A stretch of 41,475 nucleotides of DNA, from positions 1 to 41,475 of the forward strand of contig CAYOWD010000003.1 in NCBI GenBank assembly GCA_964407535.1, given 5' to 3'. The notes beneath the pieces were generated by a model, which saw nothing but the letters and a program-made list of their open reading frames with translations, made no database searches and was not told where the DNA came from. Of this stretch, positions 9,404 through 17,846 are shown piece after piece (within the stretch, counting starts at the first letter, position 1; each line of letters opens with the position of its first letter). This DNA comes from an uncultured Salinivenus sp. Its GTDB lineage: Bacteria > Bacteroidota > Rhodothermia > Rhodothermales > Salinibacteraceae. The translations under genes and the position numbers were made by a program.

Positions 9404-10291
9404 TCAGTGAGAGCGGATGGCGGCCAGGGAGCGTGTCACGAAGGCCGGGTCGACCATCCAGAGAATAAGGAACGGGACGGCGGTGGCCGCTGCGCCGACG
9501 AGGGCCGCAAGGTAGAGGTCGCGGAGGACGGAGATACAGAGCGGAAACAGGCAGTTCAGCGCGTATAGGAGCGGCGCCCAGTCGTTCTGGATTTCACGGT
9601 CGGCGCGCATCCATTCGTAGCCGATCATGATGATGAGCGTGACGCCGAACCACCCGCACCAGTTTGAAAACGGCATGCCGAAGAAGAAGCCGTCGGCGGC
9701 GTACTGCCAAAACGGGAAGGCCTGGTTCATTGCGGGATCAAGGGACACGTCCCAGAGGACCATGAATCCCGTTCCGAGCAGAACGGATCCCCAGCGCGCC
9801 GTCGTCACCCGCCGGGCCAGGTCCAGCGAGACGAGAGACATTGCAAACCAGGACGGGGGAATGAAATAGGGCACGTGCCCAGCAATTTTGGGGCCGAGCC
9901 ATTCCGTATAGTGGTATTCGCCGAATGGCAGCGATACATTCCCAACGTTCAAGAGTCCCGTCGTTCCGATCAACTCACTGGCGGCGCCAATGGCGCATCC
10001 CCACACGATAAATCCGGCCAGTCGCCAGTAGCCGAGCGACGAGCCGTACATGAGAACGGGCAGGATGGCCAGCATCGTCATAAAGGTCCAGGTCGGCGTC
10101 TTCACCAGTTTGGTGTACACCGGCCCGAAGATGGCCATCGTGGACGGAAACAGACGGAGCAGCAGCATCCCGGCCACGCTAAAGCAGATCGACCCCACAA
10201 ACAACCAGAAGGAAAACTGGAAGAGGAGGTCGACGTTTTCCTCCAGGGTATTTTCCTGCAGTCGGCTACGGGACTCGACGGGAGAAGGCAT
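9404..10291 (-). CDS. cruF: Carotenoid 1,2-hydratase (CruF/DUF422 family)
   Basis: Multi-TM protein with ELIGTTG, PFGEYHYT, LGPKIAGHVP, WDVSLDP and GMPFSNWCGW. Directly upstream of crtB. Confidence 0.85.
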   Translation of the reverse strand: MPSPVESRSRLQENTLEENVDLLFQFSFWLFVGSICFSVAGMLLLRLFPSTMAIFGPVYTKLVKTPTWTFMTMLAILPVLMYGSSLGYWRLAGFIVWGCAIGAASELIGTTGLLNVGNVSLPFGEYHYTEWLGPKIAGHVPYFIPPSWFAMSLVSLDLARRVTTARWGSVLLGTGFMVLWDVSLDPAMNQAFPFWQYAADGFFFGMPFSNWCGWFGVTLIIMIGYEWMRADREIQNDWAPLLYALNCLFPLCISVLRDLYLAALVGAAATAVPFLILWMVDPAFVTRSLAAIRSH

Positions 10292-10645
10292 TGGGGAACG
10301 AGTTCGTGCGGGGCGGCGGTGGAAAGGAGGTAGAATGAGGGCGAACCGTCGCAGATTCGCAATGGCAGCCTGACGCCAGGGGCGGCTTTCCCGGAGATTC
10401 CGTCTCGGGGCCAATCGTAGGGGCGGCTCTGCTCTTCGCCCCAAGCAATTTTAACGGGGGTTTGGTCCGATGCACTTCGGCACTGCGGACCGGGCACTGC
10501 CCGCGCCGATACAACGGCGAGACGAAGGCGTGGACCTCGCCAACGGGTATGTGCGCCTTACGTCCGTTTCCGGGCAAGGTTGCCGACGAATGCCCGGCGT
10601 TGCAGGCACTGCCCGCGATACTGTTGCATGGAGGAGTGGATCGGC

Positions 10646-11326
10646 ATGATTGCAATCCAGCCCCCAGCGTATTTTCCGCCCCTGGCGTACATGGCGCTCT
10701 GTGCTCAGGTGGATCACTTTGTGCTTGCCGACACGTTCCGCTATCGGACCGAAACGTTCCAGAACCGTAGCAAACTTCGCAATGCGCAGGGGGGGCACTG
10801 GATCACGATTCCGCTTTTTGGGCATCCGGAGGGGCGTCCTCTCTGCGACGTCGACATTGAAACGGGCGGGCGCTGGCTCGAAAAGCACTGGCGGTCGTTC
10901 CTGTATGACTACCGGACGACCATGTATTTCGACTTCTACCGGGATCAGTTCCAGCCCTTCTTCGAGACGACCTGGGAGGCACTGGCCGACTGCACGTGTC
11001 GATCGGTGCGGTTGCAGGCGAGCCTCCTGGGGCTCGACACGACAATCACGCGGGCCACGGCGCTGACGGGCGCCCCGGCGTCCCGGGCCGCGATCGTCGA
11101 GACGCTCGCCGACGGGCAATCGCTCGATGAAGACGAGCCGCTCGTTGTGCCGGCGGGGGAACCGCCAGCGGAGGAACTGAAGATGCCCGTGCAGGCCTTC
11201 GAATACGAACACCCCACCTATCGTCAGAATTTTGAGGGCTTCGAACCGGGCATGACGGCTCTCGACCTCGTCTTCAACTACGGCCGAGAGGCGCCGCGAC
11301 GACTCATGCAGGGGCGTGCGGGATAG
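10646..11326 (+). CDS. WbqC-family protein
   Basis: N-terminal IAIQPPAYFP, plus QNR..I, WITIP, and C-terminal YRQNFEGFEPGMTALDLVFNYG. GGAGGAG RBS upstream. Confidence 0.88.
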   Translation: MIAIQPPAYFPPLAYMALCAQVDHFVLADTFRYRTETFQNRSKLRNAQGGHWITIPLFGHPEGRPLCDVDIETGGRWLEKHWRSFLYDYRTTMYFDFYRDQFQPFFETTWEALADCTCRSVRLQASLLGLDTTITRATALTGAPASRAAIVETLADGQSLDEDEPLVVPAGEPPAEELKMPVQAFEYEHPTYRQNFEGFEPGMTALDLVFNYGREAPRRLMQGRAG

Positions 11327-11338
11327 TATGGTTCCTTC

Positions 11339-11460
11339 GGCGTTGGGGGTTGTGCGTTGGAGCGTTTTGCGTTGGGCGTTGAGAGTTGTGCGTTGAGGGT
11401 TCGGGTTGTGTGTTGAGGGTTTTGCGTTGGAGGGTGTGCGTTGAATTCTGCGTTATGCGT
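11339..11460 (+). repeat. Degenerate G/T-rich short-period repeat (GCGTTG-type units)
   Basis: Many gcgttg/gtgttg units with roughly 7/14-nt periodicity immediately after the wbqC-like stop. Confidence 0.65.
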
Positions 11461-11561
11461 CGGAAACGGGGGACGGTTGGAAGCGGCCCAATTGCAGGCA
11501 CGTGTTCCGGAGGCGTTTTCGTTCGAGGTGTGCGGTGTTTTCCTGATGAGATGCTTGACAT

Positions 11562-11720
11562 GGCGATCGCCTCTCGGATTCGGGGCCGGCATGACTCGCG
11601 TTCTGAGCAGTCCGATGTCCCTCCATGCCTCCATGCTCCCGTGCTTTTCGGCATAATTGGACGATAACAGCAGGAGCGTTTCCTGCGCTTAGCCAGGGTT
11701 TTTAACATACGATTGCCCTG
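11562..11720 (-). mobile_element. Repeat family C, diverged copy (inverted relative to 15605 and 40725)
   Basis: Blocks ggcgatcgcctct, ctccatgcctccatgc, ggcataattgg and cgattgccctg align colinearly, at similar length, with the reverse complement of 15605-15764. Confidence 0.55.
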
Positions 11721-11738
11721 GCGATCCCCCTGGGGTGC

Positions 11739-11767
11739 TTGACCCGTGTCCGGCTCCTGCCTAGCTT
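11739..11767 (+). promoter_or_regulatory. Candidate sigma70-type promoter for dcd
   Basis: TTGACC-17 nt-TAGCTT, 45 nt before the dcd ATG. Confidence 0.45.
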
Positions 11768-11812
11768 CGTTGGTTGTGTCGATCCATCTTCGTTTTGACC
11801 GTACCGTTCCCC

Positions 11813-12367
11813 ATGATTCTTCCCGACCACAAGATTCGCACCCTCGCTACGGAGCAAAACATGATTGAGCCGTTCGTGGACGGGCAGGTCCGGGACGAGG
11901 TGGTGAGCTACGGACTGAGTTCCTTCGGCTACGACATGCGGGTTGCGGGCGAATTTCGGGTCTTTACGCCCAACATCTACAACAGCGTGGTGGACCCGAA
12001 GCGCATCGACGACCGGGCGATGGTCGAGTACGACGTGGACGACCACATTCTGATTCCCCCGAACTCGTACGTGCTGGGGCGGTCCATTGAGTACTTTGAG
12101 ATGCCCTCGGACGTGCTGGCCCTCGTCCTCGGCAAGTCTACCTACGCCCGCTCCGGCATTATCGTAAATGTGACGCCGCTGGAGCCGGGGTGGGAGGGAC
12201 ACGTGACGATTGAAGTCAGCAACGCCACGCCCCTTCCCGCCAAGGTGTACGCAAACGAGGGCATTGCGCAGGTGGTCTTCTTGAAGGGCGAGAGGCCGGA
12301 CATTTCGTACGCGGACAAAGAGGGGAAGTATCAGCACCAGGAAGGCATTACGCTTCCGCGACTGTAG
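11813..12367 (+). CDS. dcd: dCTP deaminase
   Basis: Motifs [49 protein letters not shown] and GKYQHQ. Confidence 0.96.
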   Translation: MILPDHKIRTLATEQNMIEPFVDGQVRDEVVSYGLSSFGYDMRVAGEFRVFTPNIYNSVVDPKRIDDRAMVEYDVDDHILIPPNSYVLGRSIEYFEMPSDVLALVLGKSTYARSGIIVNVTPLEPGWEGHVTIEVSNATPLPAKVYANEGIAQVVFLKGERPDISYADKEGKYQHQEGITLPRL

Positions 12368-12440
12368 CCGGCCGGAATCCTGGGCCGTCTGCCGGCGTTG
12401 AGTGTATGCGTATTGTCTTCTGCGTTAGTGTGCTGATCCT

Positions 12441-12704
12441 GTGTCCGATGCCTCTTCAGGGAGCCGGTCGTATCGCCGATGGATTCTCGCGGTCGTCCTC
12501 CTGGTGATTTTCGGGTCGGTGGTTTGGACGGTTGTCAATCCGTACCGGGGGCAGTCCTACGAGGAGGTGCCCCACGGCGACCATTCGCACTACGTCCCGA
12601 AGAACCGGAATGAGAATGTGCCCATCAATCGCTTTCCGACGCGGCCGCCTGGGCAGGGAGAACGGTTGACGCCGGAGGGCAAGATTGTGCCGGTCAATCC
12701 GTAG
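12441..12704 (+). CDS. Small single-TM protein with an HxxHxH histidine-triad motif
   Basis: GTG start, TM WILAVVLLVIFGSVVWTVV, then YEEVPHGDHSHYVPK. Confidence 0.75.
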   Translation: MSDASSGSRSYRRWILAVVLLVIFGSVVWTVVNPYRGQSYEEVPHGDHSHYVPKNRNENVPINRFPTRPPGQGERLTPEGKIVPVNP

Positions 12705-12853
12705 AGGCGTTTCCGAACCGCGTAGCGTCCGTCTGGAGGCGTCCGGCCGACCCAAGCAGGCCCCCGGACGCCCCCGCACGGGCCCGTCCTCGACCAGAGA
12801 CGGCAGCGGAGGGCAAAACGGCATGGGGAATCGGGACGTCCGATCGCCAAGCG

Positions 12854-13780
12854 CTATTTCTCGACACTGGCTTCAATCTCGGTCCAGAGCGAGTCGTTGA
12901 GCGAGTTGAGTCGGTCTTCCTCGTCGTCGTCCAGTGGGGCGAGCGGCGGGCGCACCTGCTTCCAGGCGGGCCGGTCGTAGCGCCAGGCCAGCAACTGCTT
13001 GAGGGCCGGAATGGTGGGAAACTGCGACAGCCGGGTGCGGACCTCTGTCAGCGTGGACTGGGCCGAGGCAATCTGGGTGTTGTTCTGCCAGTCGCGAACG
13101 GCCTGCTCGGCCAGCGGCGCGGTGATGTTGACGGTGGCCGAGATGCAACCGGCGCCCCCCGCCCGCAAAAGCGGGGTCAGGTGGCGCTCCGTGCCGGCAA
13201 AGATCTGTAGGTCGGGAAACGAGGAGCAGAGGGAATCGTGATGGTCCCATTCGCCGCTCGAATCCTTAATGCCGGCAATCTGGTCGGGATACGCGTCGTT
13301 CAGCGTCTTAATGAGGGAAAAGGGAATGGGGACGCCCGTCAGCTTCGGGTTGTGATATAAGTACAGCCGCAGCGCGTCGTTGCCGACGCCCTGCAGAATG
13401 CGGTCGTAGGTGGCAAGCAGGCCCTCGTCGGTGATGTGTTTGAAGTGAAAGGGGGGAAGGACCAGGACGCCGCCGACGCCGGCGTCGGTGGCGTGGGTGG
13501 TAAGAGACACTACGTCCGGGAGCGGGAGCGCGCCGGTGCCGACGAGGAGATTGTCGGGCGCGATGCCGGCATCGAGGACCGTCTCCAGCGTTTGGCGACG
13601 TTCTTCGACGGTAAAGGAGAGGCCTTCGCCGGTGGTCCCGAAGAGGAGGGCGCCGTCGCAGCCCCGGTCAAAGAGGTGGTCCAGGTGGTCGGCAAGGGCA
13701 GTGCCGTCGGGCCGGCCGTCATCGTCAAGGGGAGTAATGCTGGCAACGATAACACCGTCGGGGAGACGGGGAGAAGACAT
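12854..13780 (-). CDS. Dihydrodipicolinate synthase / N-acetylneuraminate lyase family protein
   Basis: Motifs ITP, GTTGEG, LYHNP and the Schiff-base Lys in GIKDSSG. Confidence 0.9.
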   Translation of the reverse strand: MSSPRLPDGVIVASITPLDDDGRPDGTALADHLDHLFDRGCDGALLFGTTGEGLSFTVEERRQTLETVLDAGIAPDNLLVGTGALPLPDVVSLTTHATDAGVGGVLVLPPFHFKHITDEGLLATYDRILQGVGNDALRLYLYHNPKLTGVPIPFSLIKTLNDAYPDQIAGIKDSSGEWDHHDSLCSSFPDLQIFAGTERHLTPLLRAGGAGCISATVNITAPLAEQAVRDWQNNTQIASAQSTLTEVRTRLSQFPTIPALKQLLAWRYDRPAWKQVRPPLAPLDDDEEDRLNSLNDSLWTEIEASVEK

Positions 13781-13970
13781 GGGCACACCAGTGTGGAGTC
13801 TACGCAAAAGAAAGGACTCAGTAAACGCAGGGCAAGGACTGGATCTTCTGCGTGCTGCTTTTCTCCTTATGCGTTCCTGTGGGAACGTGCTTCTGCTTCG
13901 TGCTCTTTTCACCGTAGGGACGGATGGATTCGCCGGTCGCGTGGAAGGCGAGGCTCGTCTCTACGGGGGA

Positions 13971-14070
13971 CCGATCCACGAGAACGGCCGTGAACAGATT
14001 TTTCCGCGTGCGGGAGCCCCGCGTGTAGTTGCCGACAGGGCCGAGATTCATACACCTGTTCACGGATCGG
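13971..14070 (-). mobile_element. Repeat family A (100-bp MITE-like element), reverse orientation
   Basis: Terminal inverted repeats ccgatcc...ggatcgg. ccgatccacgagaacggccgtgaac matches the reverse complement of the family A end. The flanks are not TA. Confidence 0.65.
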
Positions 14071-14107
14071 GATCATTGCCTTTCATTCCCTTGAGGATTC
14101 TTGCGTT

Positions 14108-14605
14108 ATGAATACTGTGTATCTGCTTCGGCACGCCGAGGCCAAGTCGAGTCGATTCTACAACGACGATCATGCGCGGGAACTTAGCAAACACGGAAAG
14201 CGGGATGCGCGCCGTCTCGGACGCTTTTTGGGGACGACTGATCAGGTGGCCGACCAGATCGTGTCGTCCACAGCCGTACGGGCGCGCCGCACCGCCGAGT
14301 TGTTGGGGGAGGGGGGTGGGGAGGCTGCAGATGTGCCGCTGCGGTCGACCCACGCGCTGTATCAGGCGGAGCCCGTCCACGTGCTGGAAGAGCTTCGGGC
14401 GCTGGCGTCCAGTATCGGGTCCGTCCTGTTGGTGGGGCACGAGCCGGCATGGAGTGCGGCGGTCAGTCGCCTCGTGGGATCGGCGCAGGTGTCGTTGTCG
14501 CCGGGGACCTGTGTCCGCATCGACACCGAGCGACAGTGGGCCGATCTGGAGTTCGGGGACGGCATCCTGCGGTGGATGGTGCCGCCGTCCCTGCTCCGAG
14601 ACTAG
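14108..14605 (+). CDS. sixA: Phosphohistidine phosphatase, SixA family
   Basis: Motifs LLRHAEA, DHARELS..G, SSTAVRARRTA and LLVGHEP. Confidence 0.88.
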   Translation: MNTVYLLRHAEAKSSRFYNDDHARELSKHGKRDARRLGRFLGTTDQVADQIVSSTAVRARRTAELLGEGGGEAADVPLRSTHALYQAEPVHVLEELRALASSIGSVLLVGHEPAWSAAVSRLVGSAQVSLSPGTCVRIDTERQWADLEFGDGILRWMVPPSLLRD

Positions 14606-14620
14606 CCGATGTCGGACGGA

Positions 14621-15523
14621 TCAGCCGAGGGCCACGTCGAGAACCATCATCACCGCGAAGCCGCCCATCGTCCCCAGCGTTGCAAGGTCGGTGTGGCCGT
14701 GCCGCTGGGACTCCGGAATGAGTTCTTCGATGACGACGTACATCATGGCCCCGGCGGCGAAGGCGAGCGCGTAGGGAAGGAGGGGACGCACCACGAGCAC
14801 CGCCGCGGCCCCGCCGACGGCGGACACGGGCTCGACGGCGCCGGAAAGCTGTCCGTACCAGAAGCTCCTGCCGCGCGAGAGGCCGTCGCCGCGGAGCGGC
14901 ATGGAGACGGCAATGCCCTCCGGAAAATTCTGAAGGCCGATGCCGACGGTCAAGGCGACGGCGGCCGAGAGGGTGGCCCCCGTCGCGAGGTCGAGCGGGA
15001 GGGCTGCTGCCCCGAACGTAACACCCACCGCCAGCCCCTCCGGAATGTTGTGGAGCGTAATGGCGAGTACCAGCAGCGTCGCGCGTCGCCAGGAGGTCGG
15101 AAGGCCCTTTGCGTCTTTGCGTTTGCCTCCGGGATGGAGGTGCGGAAGGACGCCGTCCGCCACACGGAGGAAGCCGCCCCCAATCAAGAACCCGAGGGCC
15201 GCGGGAATCCACCCGGGGAGGCCCTGGGCCTCGGCCATGTCGATGGCAGGCACCAGCAGGGACCAGAAGCTGGCGGCAATCACACCGATCCGTAGATACG
15301 TTTCCATCGAACTGAAGAAAATAGGTCACGGACGTTCTCACGGATCGGTAACACCAGCGGCAAAGCCCATCATGGCGTCGAGAAGCCGTCGGTTAACCGT
15401 GTGCGTTACGAATACCGTTGCGGCCCCGAGGGCCGTGACGCCCCACGTAAAGAAGCCTGCGAGAAGAGACTGATACAGCGGAGAGAGGCCCTCGAACCAG
15501 GGCGGAAGGAGTGCAGACATCAT
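14621..15523 (-). pseudogene. ZIP (ZupT/GufA-like) metal transporter interrupted in frame by a 66-bp insertion
   Basis: The 5' piece (...[11 protein letters not shown]) and 3' piece (IAASFWSLL...HNIPEG...QNFPEG...ELIPE) are in the same frame. The insert between them carries two TGA codons (15340-15338 and 15328-15326). Confidence 0.85.
15285..15348 (+). mobile_element. Repeat family A, internally deleted 64-bp copy inside the ZIP gene
   Basis: ccgatccgt...acggatcgg TIRs. Both halves align with 24209-24308. Flanked by CA and TA, consistent with a TA duplication carrying one change. Confidence 0.85.
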
Positions 15524-15604
15524 CTGCCGGTGGTTACGTGCGGGTAGTGGAGCGAGCACAAGAGAACCGTCCCACAGGGAAAAATCCAGTTGTTGGTCCT
15601 CGTA

Positions 15605-15773
15605 CAGGGCAATCGCAGTTGAGGCACTAATCGGAGGTCGGAAGCTACTTTGCCTTTGATTTCCCCATTCTGCCCGGAGTGGACGGAGGCTTGGATGCAT
15701 GGAAGCAAGAACCGCTGTGCGCCAACGTGCCCCTGTGCTCAGCATAGAGCAAGATGCAATCGCCTGGTCCCCG
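15605..15773 (+). mobile_element. Repeat family C (about 165 bp)
   Basis: Long shared blocks with 40725-40895 (gggcaatcgcagt, tggacggaggcttggat, ggaagcaagaa, cagcatagagcaa, tgcaatcgcc). TA at 15603-4 and 15774-5. Confidence 0.8.
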
Positions 15774-16021
15774 TACGTACACTCCGCCTCGGCTCCGTCG
15801 AGCGAATACGGGCAGTCGAACAGTCGGCATCCGGCCCAACGACTGTTCTAGACGAACCCCGCATTGAATATACGGGTATACCGATTCGGACGTACGTGTG
15901 CCGACGATGAGTCCAGTTTGAAGGATGTCGTGAATCGTTGTCGGGCCGTGTCAGCCGTCAATGCTGTTCGAGCACGTTTGGCAATGGAATCGAACCCTCT
16001 CGACGAACCGCTCAAATCGAT

Positions 16022-16939
16022 ATGTCTGATGCAATGACAACCGGATTCATTGGATTGGGGGCCATGGGCACGCCGATGGCCTGGAATCTCCATGAGGCCG
16101 ACTTGCTCTCGGCGGTGTACAACCGGACCGAGGCGAAGGCCACGCCGTTTGCGGAGGCCGGGTGTTCGGTGGCGGCGTCCCCGGCGGCGCTCGCCCGGCA
16201 GGTGGATGCGCTCTTCATTATTGTGACGGCCGACGATGCGCTTTCGGATGTGCTCACGGGCCCGAACGGTGTTCTGGAGGGGCTTTCCCCCGACGACCTC
16301 GTCGTCAACATGTCGACGGTCTCCGTAGCGGCCACCACGGACGCGGCGGAGGCGGTGCACGAGGCCGGCGGCCACTTTGTGGACGCCCCCGTGTCCGGAA
16401 CGGTTGGGCCGGCAGAAGCCGGGACGCTGACGGTGCTGGCCGGCGGCCCGGACGAGGCGGTGGAGGCGGTCCGGCCTGCGCTCGCGGTGATGGGCGATCC
16501 GGTCGTGGACTGCGGCGACGTGGGCGACGGGACTCGGGCCAAGCTGTTTGTCAATCTGCTTCTGGGCAACCTGCTGCAGGGGTACGCCGAGGCGCTGGTG
16601 TTCGGCAAGTCGCAGGGCCTTTCCTTGGAGTTCATGCAGGACCTTCTGGAGGAGAGCCCAATGCAGGCCCCGCTCCTTGAATACAAGGGCAGCGTGCTCG
16701 AAGAGCGGGACTTTACGAAGCAGTTTCCCGTTGATCTTCTACTGAAAGACCTCAATTTGATTACCGAGGCCGCCGAAGAGGAGGGCACCTACCTCCCGCA
16801 GACCGCTGCCACCCGCGAGGCCGTCAATGGCGCCAAGGCCCTTGGGCACGGCGACGACGACATGATGGCGGTCATTAAGCTGCTTGAGCAGGTTGCCGGC
16901 CTCCAGATCGGCCCGAGTGTTTCGGACGAGCAGGCGTAG
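16022..16939 (+). CDS. NAD(P)-dependent beta-hydroxyacid dehydrogenase (3-hydroxyisobutyrate / tartronate semialdehyde reductase family)
   Basis: Motifs GFIGLGAMG, YNRT, MSTVS, DAPVSG, AKLFVN (catalytic Lys) and F..DLLLKDL. Confidence 0.92.
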   Translation: MSDAMTTGFIGLGAMGTPMAWNLHEADLLSAVYNRTEAKATPFAEAGCSVAASPAALARQVDALFIIVTADDALSDVLTGPNGVLEGLSPDDLVVNMSTVSVAATTDAAEAVHEAGGHFVDAPVSGTVGPAEAGTLTVLAGGPDEAVEAVRPALAVMGDPVVDCGDVGDGTRAKLFVNLLLGNLLQGYAEALVFGKSQGLSLEFMQDLLEESPMQAPLLEYKGSVLEERDFTKQFPVDLLLKDLNLITEAAEEEGTYLPQTAATREAVNGAKALGHGDDDMMAVIKLLEQVAGLQIGPSVSDEQA

Positions 16940-16971
16940 TCCCTGTCGAACCGCTTTGGGCATCATCAACG

Positions 16972-17069
16972 CCGATCCGGGGATAAATATCTGAATTCCG
17001 ATTTCGATTGCAACTGCACTCGGTGTCCTCCATTCGGAACCGTGTGTCAACGGTGTTCTCACGAATCGG
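16972..17069 (+). mobile_element. Repeat family A, diverged 98-bp copy
   Basis: Ends ccgatccg...gttctcacgaatcgg, with length similar to the other copies. Confidence 0.55.
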
Positions 17070-17211
17070 CATCTGCGGGGGCCGCTGCTGCGTATGGAGA
17101 AGCACGGGCGGACGAACGGCCGTCGTTCCTTCCTGCACTTTAACAGATCATTGCCCTGACGGTAGAGGCGGGTACTCCACACGGTTTTTCTTTGCAATAC
17201 GTTTTGCAGTT

Positions 17212-17559
17212 ATGGCATCTCTTTCCAACGGCGATCACATGCTTTCGAACGTCCAGTGGCGCAAGCGCGAGGACGACGCGGCGCTCCGCCCGCTGCGCGG
17301 ATTTACCACCGGCACGCTGTCCGTCGGGCGAAGCAAGAGCAATATTGAAGCGCGGTTTACGGACCAGAACCTCTCCAACCGGTTCAGCGACCTGGAAGAG
17401 GACGGCGTCTACGTGACGATTCAGGTTACGCTCTTGGGCGACAACGACGTGTATCTGTTGCCGGGCTGGGCACCAACGCTGGAGCGAGCGGGAGCGTGTT
17501 ACATTCTTCGGGTCCGGGGCAAGACCAGCGACCTCGAAGCCGTACATCCCGTGGGATAG
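17212..17559 (+). CDS. Hypothetical protein (115 aa)
   Basis: Protein-like composition with GC-biased third positions. No family recognised. Confidence 0.6.
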   Translation: MASLSNGDHMLSNVQWRKREDDAALRPLRGFTTGTLSVGRSKSNIEARFTDQNLSNRFSDLEEDGVYVTIQVTLLGDNDVYLLPGWAPTLERAGACYILRVRGKTSDLEAVHPVG

Positions 17560-17561
17560 GC

Positions 17562-17682
17562 CCGAATCCGGTTGGGGGATTCGGGTTTGAAAGTGTGTGG
17601 GTGTGAAGGTATGTACGTGAGCCCCAATCGCTTGCGCCTATACCGGTTTTTCTGTCTGCCTGAACTTTGCAGACGGATTTGG
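17562..17682 (+). mobile_element. Repeat family B (121-bp MITE-like element)
   Basis: TIRs ccgaatccg...cggatttgg followed by TA. Colinear with the reverse complement of 38089-38209 and the same length. Confidence 0.8.
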
Positions 17683-17846
17683 TATGAGAAGGGGAAGCCG
17701 AAGGGGAAAGGGCCGCGGGGTCCCGATGAGGGCCGCGCAACGGAGAGGAGGCGGTGGACGGGGGACGCCCAAATGAAGGCTGTCCGACACGTAGAGGGGC
17801 AATTCCCTCAAGCGTTTGGAGCGTCCGGAGATTGGAGAAGGCGAAA

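Noticed and set aside
10292-10645. CarH/LitR light-regulated operator upstream of cruF
   Set aside because: No convincing tandem direct repeats and no such regulator gene in the window.
15326-15340. Selenocysteine or genome-wide TGA recoding in the ZIP gene
   Set aside because: Both TGAs lie inside a repeat-family insert, and TGA is a normal stop elsewhere (e.g. hemD, thiolase).
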